Assembly: GCA_041662745.1 (NCBI GenBank)
Contig: JBAZRV010000003.1
Location: 30,001 to 62,000, forward strand
Source of the DNA: Patescibacteria group bacterium
Lineage (GTDB): Bacteria > Patescibacteriota > Patescibacteriia > 2-01-FULL-39-33
DNA: 32,000 nt
Reading direction: 5' to 3'
The stretch's first letter is position 1. Each line of letters starts with the position of its first letter. Below are positions 16,700-26,586 of the stretch, piece by piece. The position numbers and the translations under genes were made by a program. Below the pieces are notes generated by a model. It was not told where the DNA came from and did not search any database. It saw only the letters and a program-made list of their open reading frames with translations.

Positions 16700-17920
16700 A
16701 TGAAAATAAAATCCATCCGGCAAGTAAAGAATCTAAAAGGCAAGAAAGCGCTGATGCGCGTTGATTTTAATGTGCCGTTGGTTAGCGGACGGGTTGGTAA
16801 AAGCGAAGATTTTCGCTTGGTTCGTACGGCGCCGACTATCCGATACCTGATTAAAAAAGGCGCTAAGGTAATTATTATGGCGCATTTGGGTCGGCCGGAT
16901 GGCAAGGTTAATCCTGAATTCAGTTTAAAACCGGTGGCCAAAAGATTGTCGCAAATAATCGAGCAGCCGGTCAAGCTGTCGCCGCAAATTATCGGCGCCC
17001 AAACCGATAAATTAATCGGTCAAATGAAAAACGGCGAGGTGTTGCTGTTGGAGAATGTCAGGTTTGATGCGCGAGAGGAATTAGCGGATAAGAACTTTGC
17101 CAGAGAATTGGCCAAGCTCGGTGACCTGTATGTCAACGATGGTTTTGCGGTGTCGCATCGCGATCAGGCCTCAGTCTCAACGATTCAGCAGTTTTTGCCG
17201 TCTTACGCCGGCTTACTGATGGAAGAGGAAATAAAATATCTGTCGCGGGCGCTTGAAAATCCCCGACAGCCGTTAGTGGTGATTATCGGCGGCGCCAAGA
17301 TTTCTACCAAGATCAAGGTGATCAGGAATTTCGCCAAGTTGGCGAAACGGATTTTGCTGGGAGGAGCCTTGGCTAACACGGTATTGAAAGTCATGGGCGT
17401 TTCCGTCGGCCGATCAGCGATTGAGCCGGTAATGTTTCCCGAGGTTAAGAAATTTAAGCTGACCGATAATTTGATCGCCGTGCCGGTTGACGGCGTGATG
17501 GCGTTAAAGACCGATGCTAAAAAAGGCAGAATTGACGCTTTGGCTGATATCAAGCCGAATGAGTTAATTTTGGATATCGGGCCGGATACGGTAAGACTGT
17601 ATGAAAATATTTTAAAATCAGCTAAAATGGTTATGTGGAACGGGCCGATGGGTTTGATAGAAAATCCGACCTTTGCTCAAGGCACTAAAAAACTGGTAAA
17701 GATTTTAGCCGACTCCAAGGCCGAAACGATCGTCGGCGGGGGAGAAACCGTGCAGCTGATCAGAAAGATGAAATTAGAAAATAAATTCAGCTTCATCTCT
17801 ACCGGCGGGGGAGCGATGTTGGAGTTTTTGGAAGGCAAGAAGCTGCCGGGGCTGAAGAAAATAATAAAAAGATTGCCGCGGTCGGATGATTACAGCCTCC
17901 CTCGCAATGACGAATTATAA
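16700..17920 (+). CDS. pgk: Phosphoglycerate kinase
   Basis: LMRVDFNVPL, HLGRPDG, ENVRF, NDGFAVSHRDQAS, GGAKISTKI, GPMGLIENPTFAQGT, STGGGAMLEFLEGKKLPG. Confidence 0.97.
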   Translation: MKIKSIRQVKNLKGKKALMRVDFNVPLVSGRVGKSEDFRLVRTAPTIRYLIKKGAKVIIMAHLGRPDGKVNPEFSLKPVAKRLSQIIEQPVKLSPQIIGAQTDKLIGQMKNGEVLLLENVRFDAREELADKNFARELAKLGDLYVNDGFAVSHRDQASVSTIQQFLPSYAGLLMEEEIKYLSRALENPRQPLVVIIGGAKISTKIKVIRNFAKLAKRILLGGALANTVLKVMGVSVGRSAIEPVMFPEVKKFKLTDNLIAVPVDGVMALKTDAKKGRIDALADIKPNELILDIGPDTVRLYENILKSAKMVMWNGPMGLIENPTFAQGTKKLVKILADSKAETIVGGGETVQLIRKMKLENKFSFISTGGGAMLEFLEGKKLPGLKKIIKRLPRSDDYSLPRNDEL

Positions 17921-17974
17921 ATATTGCATATTACTTATTACGTATTACTTATTACTTATTATTAACTTAAAAAT

Positions 17975-18778
17975 ATGGAAGAACAAAAACCTCGTTTTAG
18001 CCATGATGGTATGGGCGGATGCAAATACCATTATGTAAAACACATTATTTTCGGCATTTTGGCCCTAGTTTTGATCGTTTATGTCGGCGTCTTGACGCGC
18101 AATGCTTGGCGCACTTACGATTATATCGGCAAATCGCCGGATATGATCAATCAAATCACAGTAACCGGCACAGCCAAGGTTAGCGTTACGCCCGATGTCG
18201 CCGTGCTTTATCTGGGCATTATCAATGAGGGCGCAACAGTCAATTTGGCGCAAAAAGGCATGACCGAAAAAATGAACGCGATTGTTGATTCGCTCAAGAA
18301 AGAATTCAAAATTGACGCCAAAGATATCAAGACCGAAAATTACAGCGTTAATCCCAAATATGATTGGACTGACGGCAGACAGCGAATAATCGGTTATATG
18401 GCAAACCAGAGCGTTACCGTTAAAGTCAGGGATTTTGACAAAACCGGCGATATTCTGGCCAAGGCCACGGAACTCGGCGCCAACACTGTTTCCGGACCGA
18501 CTTTTTCCATTGATGATCCGGAAAAAGCCAAAGCCGAAGCGCGGGAGAAGGCTATCGCTCAGGCCAAAGAAAAGGCGAAAGTATTGGCAGATCAGGTTGG
18601 CATTAAATTGGGACGGATTGTGAATTTTTATGAGGGTGGCAACGAAATGCCTAATGTAGCTTATGGTATGGGCGGAGCCATGGATTCAGCTTTGTCGGTT
18701 AAAGCGGTGGCGCCAACCATTGAACCGGGTACTCAAGATGTGCAATTAACTGTCAGTATTAGTTACGAAATAAAATAG
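17975..18778 (+). CDS. SIMPL (DUF541) domain membrane-anchored protein
   Basis: N-terminal TM helix, ITVTGTAKVSVTPDVAVLYLGI, Ala/Lys-rich AREKAIAQAKEKAKVLADQVGIKLGRI, QDVQLTVSISYEI. Confidence 0.85.
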   Translation: MEEQKPRFSHDGMGGCKYHYVKHIIFGILALVLIVYVGVLTRNAWRTYDYIGKSPDMINQITVTGTAKVSVTPDVAVLYLGIINEGATVNLAQKGMTEKMNAIVDSLKKEFKIDAKDIKTENYSVNPKYDWTDGRQRIIGYMANQSVTVKVRDFDKTGDILAKATELGANTVSGPTFSIDDPEKAKAEAREKAIAQAKEKAKVLADQVGIKLGRIVNFYEGGNEMPNVAYGMGGAMDSALSVKAVAPTIEPGTQDVQLTVSISYEIK

Positions 18779-18847
18779 TTGTTATTGATTATTCCTTATG
18801 TTAAAATAGAGGCGGCGTTAAACCGCCTCTTTAAATTAAAATCAATT

Positions 18848-19489
18848 ATGGAAAATTTAGCTGATAAAGTCCGTGATATTATGATCGAAAAGCTGTCTAT
18901 TAATAAAGGCAGTCATGATTTTGATCATACCGAAAGAGTTCATAATTTAGCTGTTCACTTGGCTAAAGCTGAGGGCGCTGATTTGGAAATTATTGAGTTG
19001 GCCGCTTGGTTGCATGATATTGCCAGAAAAGAAGAAGACGACAGCAATGGCGCGATTAATCATGCCTTAAAAGGCGCCGAGATTGCCCGAGAGGTTCTGC
19101 TGGATTTGGAAGTATCGGAAGATAAAATTAATCGCGTTTGCGAATGTATTGCTCGGCATCGGTTTCGAGACAATAATACCCCGGAAACGTTAGAAGAAAA
19201 AATTATTTTTGATGCTGACAAGCTGGATTCGATTGGCGCAGTCGGGCTAGGGCGGGCTTATTTGTTTGCTGGCGAAGTCGGCGCTCGCATGCATGATCCC
19301 AATGTGGATATTGAAAAGACCGCTGAATACACCAAAGAAGACACTGCTTATCGCGAATTTTTGGTTAAGTTATCTAAAATCAAGGATAAGATTCAAACCG
19401 ATGAAGGCAAGAGGCTGGCCGAGCATCGCCATAAATTTATGGCTGAATTTTTTGAAGAAATGAACGCCGAAGTTGCCGGTGAGCGGTAG
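18848..19489 (+). CDS. HD-domain phosphohydrolase
   Basis: HDFDHTERVHNLAVHLAKAEG, AAWLHDIARKEEDD, CIARHRFRD, EEKIIFDADKLDSIGAVG. Confidence 0.88.
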   Translation: MENLADKVRDIMIEKLSINKGSHDFDHTERVHNLAVHLAKAEGADLEIIELAAWLHDIARKEEDDSNGAINHALKGAEIAREVLLDLEVSEDKINRVCECIARHRFRDNNTPETLEEKIIFDADKLDSIGAVGLGRAYLFAGEVGARMHDPNVDIEKTAEYTKEDTAYREFLVKLSKIKDKIQTDEGKRLAEHRHKFMAEFFEEMNAEVAGER

Positions 19490-19531
19490 TTGCGGTATAA
19501 TTTAAGTATAAAAAATAATAAAAATATAATT

Positions 19532-20791
19532 ATGGCAAAAATAAAATCGATCAAAGCGCGAGAGATTTTGGATTCCCGCGGCAATCCGACCGTGGAAGTG
19601 GAAGCGCTTCTTGATAACGGCAAAAAGGCCTGGGCCGGAGTACCCTCCGGAGCCTCTACGGGCTCGCGTGAGGCCTTGGAACTTCGGGATGGCGATAAAC
19701 GGCGGTATGGCGGATTGGGCGTGCTGAAGGCCGTAAAAAACGTCAACACTATTATCGCGCCGAGATTAATAAGTTTGGATCCGACTAAACAGCAAGAAAT
19801 TGACGAATTAATGCTTAAACTTGACGGCACGGAGAATAAATCCAAACTCGGCGCTAACGCCATCTTGGGCGTTTCTATGGCCGTGGCTCGCGTGGCCGCT
19901 TTTTCTCAGAGTCAGCCGCTTTACGCTTATCTTCATAAAAAATATTGGAACGGCGGTAAAATGTCTTTCCCCGTACCGATGATGAATATTATGAATGGCG
20001 GGGCGCACGCCGGCTGGTCAATTGATATTCAGGAGTTCATGGTGATGCCGCAACAAAAAAACATCAAAGAGGCAATCCGTTGCGGCGCCGAGATTTTTCA
20101 TGCGCTTAAGAAACTTTTAGCCAAAGCCGGTTATCCGGTTACGGTCGGCGATGAAGGCGGTTACGCTCCCCAACTGAACGGCAACGAAAAGGCCCTGGGG
20201 CTGATTGTCTCAGCCATCGGTGAAGCCGGTTATAAGCCGGGCAAAGACGTAAGATTGGCCATTGATTCTGCCGCCTCGGAATTTTTTGATGAGAAGAATA
20301 AATATTATGACATGAAGGCGGACAAGAGGGTTAGGACTGCAAAGGACATGATTAAGATGTATGGCGAATGGGTTAAAAAATATCCGATTGAATTATTGGA
20401 AGACGGTTTGGCTGAGGGAGACTGGTCGGGTTGGGCGGATTTAACCAAGGCGCTGGGCAAAAAAATTGCGCTGGTCGGCGATGATTTGTTTGTGACCAAT
20501 CCTAAAATCATCAAAGAGGGGATTGAGAAAAAAGTCGCTAACGCCATCCTGATCAAATTGAATCAGATCGGCACCTTAACGGAAACAGTGGAAGCGATGA
20601 AGTTGGCGCAGAAAAATAACTACCAATTGGCGGTCAGCCATCGTAGCGGAGAAACTCCCGATGATTTTATTGCCGATCTGGCCGTCGCTTCCGGCGCTGA
20701 ATATATCAAAACCGGCTCGTTAAGCCGAGGCGAAAGAGTCGCCAAGTATAATCGTTTAATGGAGATTTGGGAAGAGTTGGGTAAGAAATAA
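19532..20791 (+). CDS. eno: Enolase
   Basis: IKAREILDSRGNPTVEVEA, GVPSGASTGSREALELRDGD, MPMMNIMNGGAHA-type motif, IQEFMVMPQ, VGDEGGYAP, IKLNQIGTLTET, VSHRSGETPDDFIADLAVA. Confidence 0.97.
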   Translation: MAKIKSIKAREILDSRGNPTVEVEALLDNGKKAWAGVPSGASTGSREALELRDGDKRRYGGLGVLKAVKNVNTIIAPRLISLDPTKQQEIDELMLKLDGTENKSKLGANAILGVSMAVARVAAFSQSQPLYAYLHKKYWNGGKMSFPVPMMNIMNGGAHAGWSIDIQEFMVMPQQKNIKEAIRCGAEIFHALKKLLAKAGYPVTVGDEGGYAPQLNGNEKALGLIVSAIGEAGYKPGKDVRLAIDSAASEFFDEKNKYYDMKADKRVRTAKDMIKMYGEWVKKYPIELLEDGLAEGDWSGWADLTKALGKKIALVGDDLFVTNPKIIKEGIEKKVANAILIKLNQIGTLTETVEAMKLAQKNNYQLAVSHRSGETPDDFIADLAVASGAEYIKTGSLSRGERVAKYNRLMEIWEELGKK

Positions 20792-20817
20792 TAGGAATAA
20801 GCGGCAAGAAATAAGCA

Positions 20818-20850
20818 AAAGGAAAGGCGGTCATACCCCTTTCCTTTTTT
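20818..20850 (+). terminator. Rho-independent terminator downstream of eno
   Basis: AAAGGAAAGG (20818-20827) / CCTTTCCTTT (20838-20847) continuing into a T run. Confidence 0.85.
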
Positions 20851-20945
20851 AGAATAATTATGTTATAATATAGGAGTAATTGCTTACTTCGTTAATTATC
20901 GCTGATTGCTCGCCGTATTTTATTTATTATCATTATCGCCGTAAA

Positions 20946-22535
20946 ATGCCAGCAAAATCTAAGAAAAAAATTAAGAAATCCCCCAAAACAAAACTTGCCG
21001 GAAAAGTCGTCTTGCTTATATTGGACGGTTGGGGGATCGGGAGGGAAGACGGTTCTAATCCGATTTTTTTGGCTAAGCCGAAGTTTATTAATTCTTTGTA
21101 CAAGAAATATCCTTGGACGAAATTATGCGCCTCCGGGCCTTGCGCCGGATTGCCGCCGGATCAGGTGGGCAACTCTGAAGCCGGACATATTAATTTGGGC
21201 GCCGGACGGATTGTTGATCAAGACGTAGTCAAGATTTCCAAATGCATCACCACCGGCGAATTTTTTAAAAATCCGGCCTTTTTGGCGGCCGTAAATCACG
21301 CCAAAAGTAATAAAAGCGCTTTGCATTTGATGGGTCTGCTGTCTAACGGCCAGAGTCCGCACAGCGATCCCGATCATCTCCTGGCTCTTTTGACTTTAGC
21401 GCGCCAATGCGGATTGAAAAAAATTTACCTGCATTTGTTTACCGACGGCCGCGATTCACCGCCGATGTCAGCCCTAAAATCCATTATGGCCTTGGAGCGT
21501 TCGCTTAAGCCCAATGAGATTATCGCCACGGTTATCGGCCGATTTTATGCCATGGATCGCAAGAAAGTTTGGACCAGAACCATTGCGGCTTATAATGCCA
21601 TGACCGATGGCCATGGCGCTCATTTTGCCGACAGTCCCCAGGCCGGCATCAACCGCGCTTACAATGCCAGCATATCCGATGAATTTATTGAGCCTATTGT
21701 CATACGGCAAAAGGGTAAGATGTTGCCGCGCATCAGCGACGATGACGCCATTATTTTCTTTAATTTGCGCAGTGATCGCGCCAGGCAAATGGCTAAGCCG
21801 TTCGTCCAGCATGAGTTTGAGGAGAAGAATCCCGGTTTTGTTAAACGCAAGCGGGTGCTTCATAATGTTTCTTTTGTGGCCATGACCGATTTCGGACCGG
21901 ATTTAGACAGTATCCTTACCGCTTATCCCTCGGAAGATTTGAAAAACACTCTGCCTATGGTGTTAAAGGGCAAAAATCAGATTTATATTGCCGAGAGCGA
22001 GAAATATGCCCATGTAACTTTCTTTTTTAACGGCGGTTATGCCGATCCGGTCGGCGGTGAAAAAAGAATCAATGTCCCTTCGCCTCATGTGGACAGGTAC
22101 GACAAAACGCCGGCCATGTCCACCAAGGAAATAACCAAGAAAATTATTGCTTCATTAAAAAAATACGATTTTATCTGCGCCAACATCGCTTGTCCGGATA
22201 TGATCGGCCACACCGGCAATATGGAGGCGGCGCAAGAAACAGTTAAGGCCGTAAATAAATACGTCAAACAAATCATCACTGCCGTATTAAAAAACCATGC
22301 CGTACTGCTTATTACCGCCGATCACGGCAATATAGAATATAAGTTAAATTTGGAAACGGGGGAAAGATTGACCGAACATACCACCAACCCCGTGCCGTTC
22401 ATTGTCATCGGCGGTGATTTCGGCAAATCGCTAAAACTGAAATGCGATGGCGTTCTGGGCAATGTTGCTCCGACCGTGATTAAACTGTTCGGTTTGAATA
22501 AACCCAAAGAAATGAGTAAGAATAGCTTGATTTAA
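20946..22535 (+). CDS. gpmI: 2,3-bisphosphoglycerate-independent phosphoglycerate mutase, copy 1
   Basis: LLILDGWG, GNSEAGHINLGAGR, TDGRDSPP, GRFYAMDR, NLRSDRARQ, EKYAHVTFFFNGG, ITADHGNIE; ATG 20946. Confidence 0.93.
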   Translation: MPAKSKKKIKKSPKTKLAGKVVLLILDGWGIGREDGSNPIFLAKPKFINSLYKKYPWTKLCASGPCAGLPPDQVGNSEAGHINLGAGRIVDQDVVKISKCITTGEFFKNPAFLAAVNHAKSNKSALHLMGLLSNGQSPHSDPDHLLALLTLARQCGLKKIYLHLFTDGRDSPPMSALKSIMALERSLKPNEIIATVIGRFYAMDRKKVWTRTIAAYNAMTDGHGAHFADSPQAGINRAYNASISDEFIEPIVIRQKGKMLPRISDDDAIIFFNLRSDRARQMAKPFVQHEFEEKNPGFVKRKRVLHNVSFVAMTDFGPDLDSILTAYPSEDLKNTLPMVLKGKNQIYIAESEKYAHVTFFFNGGYADPVGGEKRINVPSPHVDRYDKTPAMSTKEITKKIIASLKKYDFICANIACPDMIGHTGNMEAAQETVKAVNKYVKQIITAVLKNHAVLLITADHGNIEYKLNLETGERLTEHTTNPVPFIVIGGDFGKSLKLKCDGVLGNVAPTVIKLFGLNKPKEMSKNSLI

Positions 22536-22538
22536 ATT

Positions 22539-24131
22539 ATGACTGCCAATAAAAACAACCAGCTTAGACCGGTAGTATTGATGATTTTGGACGGTTGGGG
22601 AGCGGCGCCGCCGTCAAGATCCAATGCCATTACCCTGGCTAAAACTCCGGGAATAACGGGGCTGATAAAGACTTATCCGGCTTTGACTCTGCAGGCCTCG
22701 GGCGAAGCCGTGGGCTTGTCTTGGGGAGAAATCGGCAATTCCGAAGTCGGCCATCTTAATTTGGGTTCGGGCAAACTGGTTTATCAGAATTTGCCGCGCA
22801 TTAACAAATCAATTTCTGACGGTTCATTCTTTGAAAATGAGAAGTTTGTCAATGCCATCAAGCATGCTAAGAAGAATAAGGGCAAGATCCATTTATTGGG
22901 GCTTATTTCTTCGGGCGGCGTGCATAGCCACATTGATCATTTGTTCGCCTTACTGGAGCTGTGCCAAAAGGAGAAATTTCGCGAGGTATATATCCATGGT
23001 ATTTTAGACGGCCGCGATATGCCGTATAACTCGGGCATTGATTTTGTGGAAAAAATAAAAAGCAAGTCCGAGGAACTGTGCACGGGCCGCATCGCCTCCT
23101 TGTCCGGCCGGTTTTACGCCATGGATCGCGACAATCATTGGGAGCGTATCGTCTTGGCCTATAACGCCATGGTCAAGGGCGAAGCCGTGGAAAGGTTCAG
23201 TGATCCGAGCGAGGCGGTCAGCGCTTCTTACGACAAAAAGATTTATGACGAAGAATTCGTGCCGGTCGTGATTGAAGACGGCGGCAAACCGGTAGCTACG
23301 ATCGCCGCCGGTGACGCCGTGATATTTTTTAATTTCCGCGCCGATCGCGCCAGGGAAATTTCCAAGGCGTTCGTTTTGCCCGGCTTTGAAAAGTTTGAAC
23401 GGCAATATTTGAAAGATCTGTATTTCGTGGCCCTGACCGAGTATGAGAAAGATGTTCCGATGGAAATCGCTTTTCCTCCCGAGGCCATTGAAAACCCTCT
23501 GGCCAAGGTCATCGCCGATGCCGGCTTGACTCAATTGCATCTTGCAGAAACAGAAAAATACGCCCACGTCACTTTTTTCTTTAATGGCGGCACCGAGCAG
23601 GAATTTCCCGGCGAAGACAGGGTGTTAGTGCCGTCTCCTCGCGTGTCTTCCTATGCGGAAAAGCCGGAGATGTCGGCCAAAGAGGTGGCGCAAAAAACGA
23701 TTGACGCCATTATGGCTGATAAATATGATTTTATCGTGCTGAACTTCGCCAATTGCGACATGGTTGGCCATACCGGAGATTTGAAGGCTACGATTAAAGC
23801 CGTAGAGGTGGTGGACAGTTGTGTCAAAAAAATCACGGAAGTGATTTTGGCCAAGGGCGGAGCAGCCTTGATTACCGCCGATCATGGCAATGCCGAAGAG
23901 TTGATTAATTTGCAGTCAGGCGAGATTGATAAGGAGCATAGCACTTATCCGGTACCGCTTATTATCGTGGGCAAGGAGTGGGAAGGGAAGAATGCCGGTT
24001 TCCCGGAGGTGCCGGGCGGGGATTTGTCCTTAGTTCAGCCGGCCGGCTTGTTATCCGATGTGGCGCCGACAATCATTAAGATTATGGGGCTTAAACAGCC
24101 GGCGGAAATGACCGGCAAGTCGCTGATTTAA
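22539..24131 (+). CDS. gpmI: 2,3-bisphosphoglycerate-independent phosphoglycerate mutase, copy 2 (divergent paralogue)
   Basis: LMILDGWG, IGNSEVGHLNLGSGK, LDGRDMPY, GRFYAMDRDNHWER, FRADRAREISK, EKYAHVTFFFNGG, ITADHGNAEE. Confidence 0.93.
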   Translation: MTANKNNQLRPVVLMILDGWGAAPPSRSNAITLAKTPGITGLIKTYPALTLQASGEAVGLSWGEIGNSEVGHLNLGSGKLVYQNLPRINKSISDGSFFENEKFVNAIKHAKKNKGKIHLLGLISSGGVHSHIDHLFALLELCQKEKFREVYIHGILDGRDMPYNSGIDFVEKIKSKSEELCTGRIASLSGRFYAMDRDNHWERIVLAYNAMVKGEAVERFSDPSEAVSASYDKKIYDEEFVPVVIEDGGKPVATIAAGDAVIFFNFRADRAREISKAFVLPGFEKFERQYLKDLYFVALTEYEKDVPMEIAFPPEAIENPLAKVIADAGLTQLHLAETEKYAHVTFFFNGGTEQEFPGEDRVLVPSPRVSSYAEKPEMSAKEVAQKTIDAIMADKYDFIVLNFANCDMVGHTGDLKATIKAVEVVDSCVKKITEVILAKGGAALITADHGNAEELINLQSGEIDKEHSTYPVPLIIVGKEWEGKNAGFPEVPGGDLSLVQPAGLLSDVAPTIIKIMGLKQPAEMTGKSLI

Positions 24132-24167
24132 TTTATATTTAATTTATAATTTTTAGTTAATCATATT

Positions 24168-25823
24168 ATGTTAAAAATTTTCAAGAAAAAACGCTTTTGG
24201 GTAATTCTGGTAATTATCCTGGCAGTGGTCGGGTTCGGAATTTACAAATTATTAACGCCTAAATCAGCGGTGGAATATACCACCGAAGCGGTTAAGCGCG
24301 GCCGATTGACTCAGACAGTTTCCGCTACCGGCCAAGTTGAATCGGCGCATGAAATCACTTTGAATTTCAAGACGCCGGGCAAAATAACCTATCTAGGGGT
24401 CAAAGAAGGCGATGACGTCAAGGCCGGGCAGGATTTGGCGCGGATTGATTCCGGTTCTATCGCCGCTTTAATCAAGCAATATCAAGCTAACTTGGCTTCG
24501 GCTCAAGCCAATTTGGATAAAGTCAAGGCCGGCGCTTCCGCGGAAGATATTAACTTGACTCAGGAGCAGCTAATTAAAGCGCAAAATGATTACAGCAATC
24601 TGGTCCGTGAATCGGAAACGCAAATAGGGATATTGAAGGATAAAACCATTGATAATTTGAATAATGCCATTTTTACTTCGCAAACGGCTTTAAATACCGT
24701 TTTCAGTAATTTAATCAGTACCGAAACCACCGTTAATATGCTGGTAATGGATACCAATCTGCAGAATCAGGTCAAGAATGATTATGTTGTTTTATTGAAC
24801 GGACTCTCGGTTTTGCGCGATGAAGTGGCGGCGGCGCAGAAGTCCGGCGACCAACAGTTCATCATCAGAGCCAGCGACGATGTGAAGAATTTTCTGAGCC
24901 AGCTTAACGGCTATCTGGACTCCAGTTTCAATTTAGCGGATAAGATTATTATCAACACTACCTATACGCAAACCAAGAAAGATACGATCAAATCGGATAT
25001 TTCTACGCAACAGACTTCCAACAATACGTCGTTGACGGCCGTGCAAACCGCTCGTTCCAATATCATTAATACGGCTGATTCATATCAATCGCAGATTTTG
25101 GCGGCCGCCAACGCCGTTTCCATTGCGCAAGCGTCTTTGGATCTGAAGAAGGCCGGACCGCGTAGTTTTGAGTTGGCTTCGGCTCAAGCCGCCGTGGCCC
25201 AAGCCCAAGCCTCGTTGGATAAGACCAGGGCCGATGCCGAGGATTATGTCATCCGCGCGCCGATTGACGGCAAGATCACCCAGGTCAATTATTCCATGGG
25301 CGAGACTACAACGGTAAGCGAAGCGGCGATTGCCATGCTGTCCAACGAGCGTTACGAAATCAAAGTTGACATTCCGGAATCGGATATTATCAAGTTGGCT
25401 GTGGGGGAAAAGGTGGCGATTGATTTGGACGCTTTCGGGAGCGATCATCCGTTTTCCGGCGCCGTGACTTTTATTGATCCGGCGCAGACGATCATCAAAG
25501 ACGTGACTTATTACAGAACCACGGTTACTTTCAATCAGGATTCTTGGAGCGATCAAATTAAGCCGGGCATGACTGCCAACATCACCATTATCGCGGCCGA
25601 AAAAGATGGCGCCCTGTATATTCCGCAACGCGCCGTCAAAATCAGGGAGACGACTTTGGGCGAAGTGCCCAATAAATATGTGGAGATTTTAGTTAACGGC
25701 CAGCCGCAAGAGCGCGATGTGGAAATCGGTTTGCGCGGCGATAACGGCTTGGTAGAAATAATTTCCGGCTTAAACGAAGGCGAGCAGGTGGTGACTTATA
25801 AGAAAGACAATACCAAACAGTAG
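24168..25823 (+). CDS. HlyD/MacA-type efflux periplasmic adaptor-like protein
   Basis: N-terminal TM, VSATGQVESAHEITLNFKTPGKITYLGVKEGDDVKAGQDLARID, coiled coil, DYVIRAPIDGKITQVNYSMGE, IPQRAVKI. Confidence 0.9.
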   Translation: MLKIFKKKRFWVILVIILAVVGFGIYKLLTPKSAVEYTTEAVKRGRLTQTVSATGQVESAHEITLNFKTPGKITYLGVKEGDDVKAGQDLARIDSGSIAALIKQYQANLASAQANLDKVKAGASAEDINLTQEQLIKAQNDYSNLVRESETQIGILKDKTIDNLNNAIFTSQTALNTVFSNLISTETTVNMLVMDTNLQNQVKNDYVVLLNGLSVLRDEVAAAQKSGDQQFIIRASDDVKNFLSQLNGYLDSSFNLADKIIINTTYTQTKKDTIKSDISTQQTSNNTSLTAVQTARSNIINTADSYQSQILAAANAVSIAQASLDLKKAGPRSFELASAQAAVAQAQASLDKTRADAEDYVIRAPIDGKITQVNYSMGETTTVSEAAIAMLSNERYEIKVDIPESDIIKLAVGEKVAIDLDAFGSDHPFSGAVTFIDPAQTIIKDVTYYRTTVTFNQDSWSDQIKPGMTANITIIAAEKDGALYIPQRAVKIRETTLGEVPNKYVEILVNGQPQERDVEIGLRGDNGLVEIISGLNEGEQVVTYKKDNTKQ

Positions 25824-25862
25824 CGCACGACAGGCGATGGATCTGAAGATAAATATAAAATT

Positions 25863-26585
25863 ATGACTGATAAATTGATAGAAGTCAAAGATTTAAAAAA
25901 AGATTACGTCAATGACGAGGTGGTAACGCCCGTGTTGCATGGCGTCAGTTTTGATATTCACCAAGGAGAATTCGTGGCGATTATGGGTCCGTCCGGTTCG
26001 GGCAAGTCCACCTTGATGCATATTTTAGGATTTTTGGATAATTTAACTTCCGGCCAATTTTTTTTTAAGGGGCGCGATGTCAGCAATTTGGATGAAGATG
26101 AGCTGGCGCGCATCAGGAATGAAGAAGTCGGCTTTGTTTTTCAAGCCTTCCATCTATTGCCCAAGACTTCGGTCTATAACAATGTCAAGTTGCCTTTGCT
26201 TTACAGCACGGCCAAAGATGCCGACCAAAAGGTCAGGACGGCGATTAAGGCCGTGGGGCTGGAACATCGCACCAATAATTTTTCCAATCAACTCTCCGGT
26301 GGCGAGAAACAGAGAGTCGCCATTGCCCGCGCCTTGGTCAATAATCCGTCAATTATTTTTGCCGATGAGCCGACCGGCAATTTGGACAGCAAGTCAGGCA
26401 ATGCCATCATGGAAATCTTGGAAGATTTAAACGACGCCGGCCATACGATTATCCTGGTTACTCACGAAACCGACACGGCTAAGCACGCCAAACGCATCAT
26501 TAAGATTGTTGACGGTTTAATTGCTGAGGATTATAATGTCGCCGATCGTCGCAGCGCTAAGAACGGCGGGCAATTAATGAAATAA
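25863..26585 (+). CDS. ABC transporter ATP-binding protein (MacB/LolD type)
   Basis: [55 protein letters not shown]. Confidence 0.95.
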   Translation: MTDKLIEVKDLKKDYVNDEVVTPVLHGVSFDIHQGEFVAIMGPSGSGKSTLMHILGFLDNLTSGQFFFKGRDVSNLDEDELARIRNEEVGFVFQAFHLLPKTSVYNNVKLPLLYSTAKDADQKVRTAIKAVGLEHRTNNFSNQLSGGEKQRVAIARALVNNPSIIFADEPTGNLDSKSGNAIMEILEDLNDAGHTIILVTHETDTAKHAKRIIKIVDGLIAEDYNVADRRSAKNGGQLMK

Positions 26586-26586
26586 C

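Noticed and set aside
25080-25628. 182-aa antisense ORF on the minus strand
   Set aside because: Antisense to the conserved MacA-like adaptor; low-complexity Gly/Leu/Arg composition of a shadow ORF.
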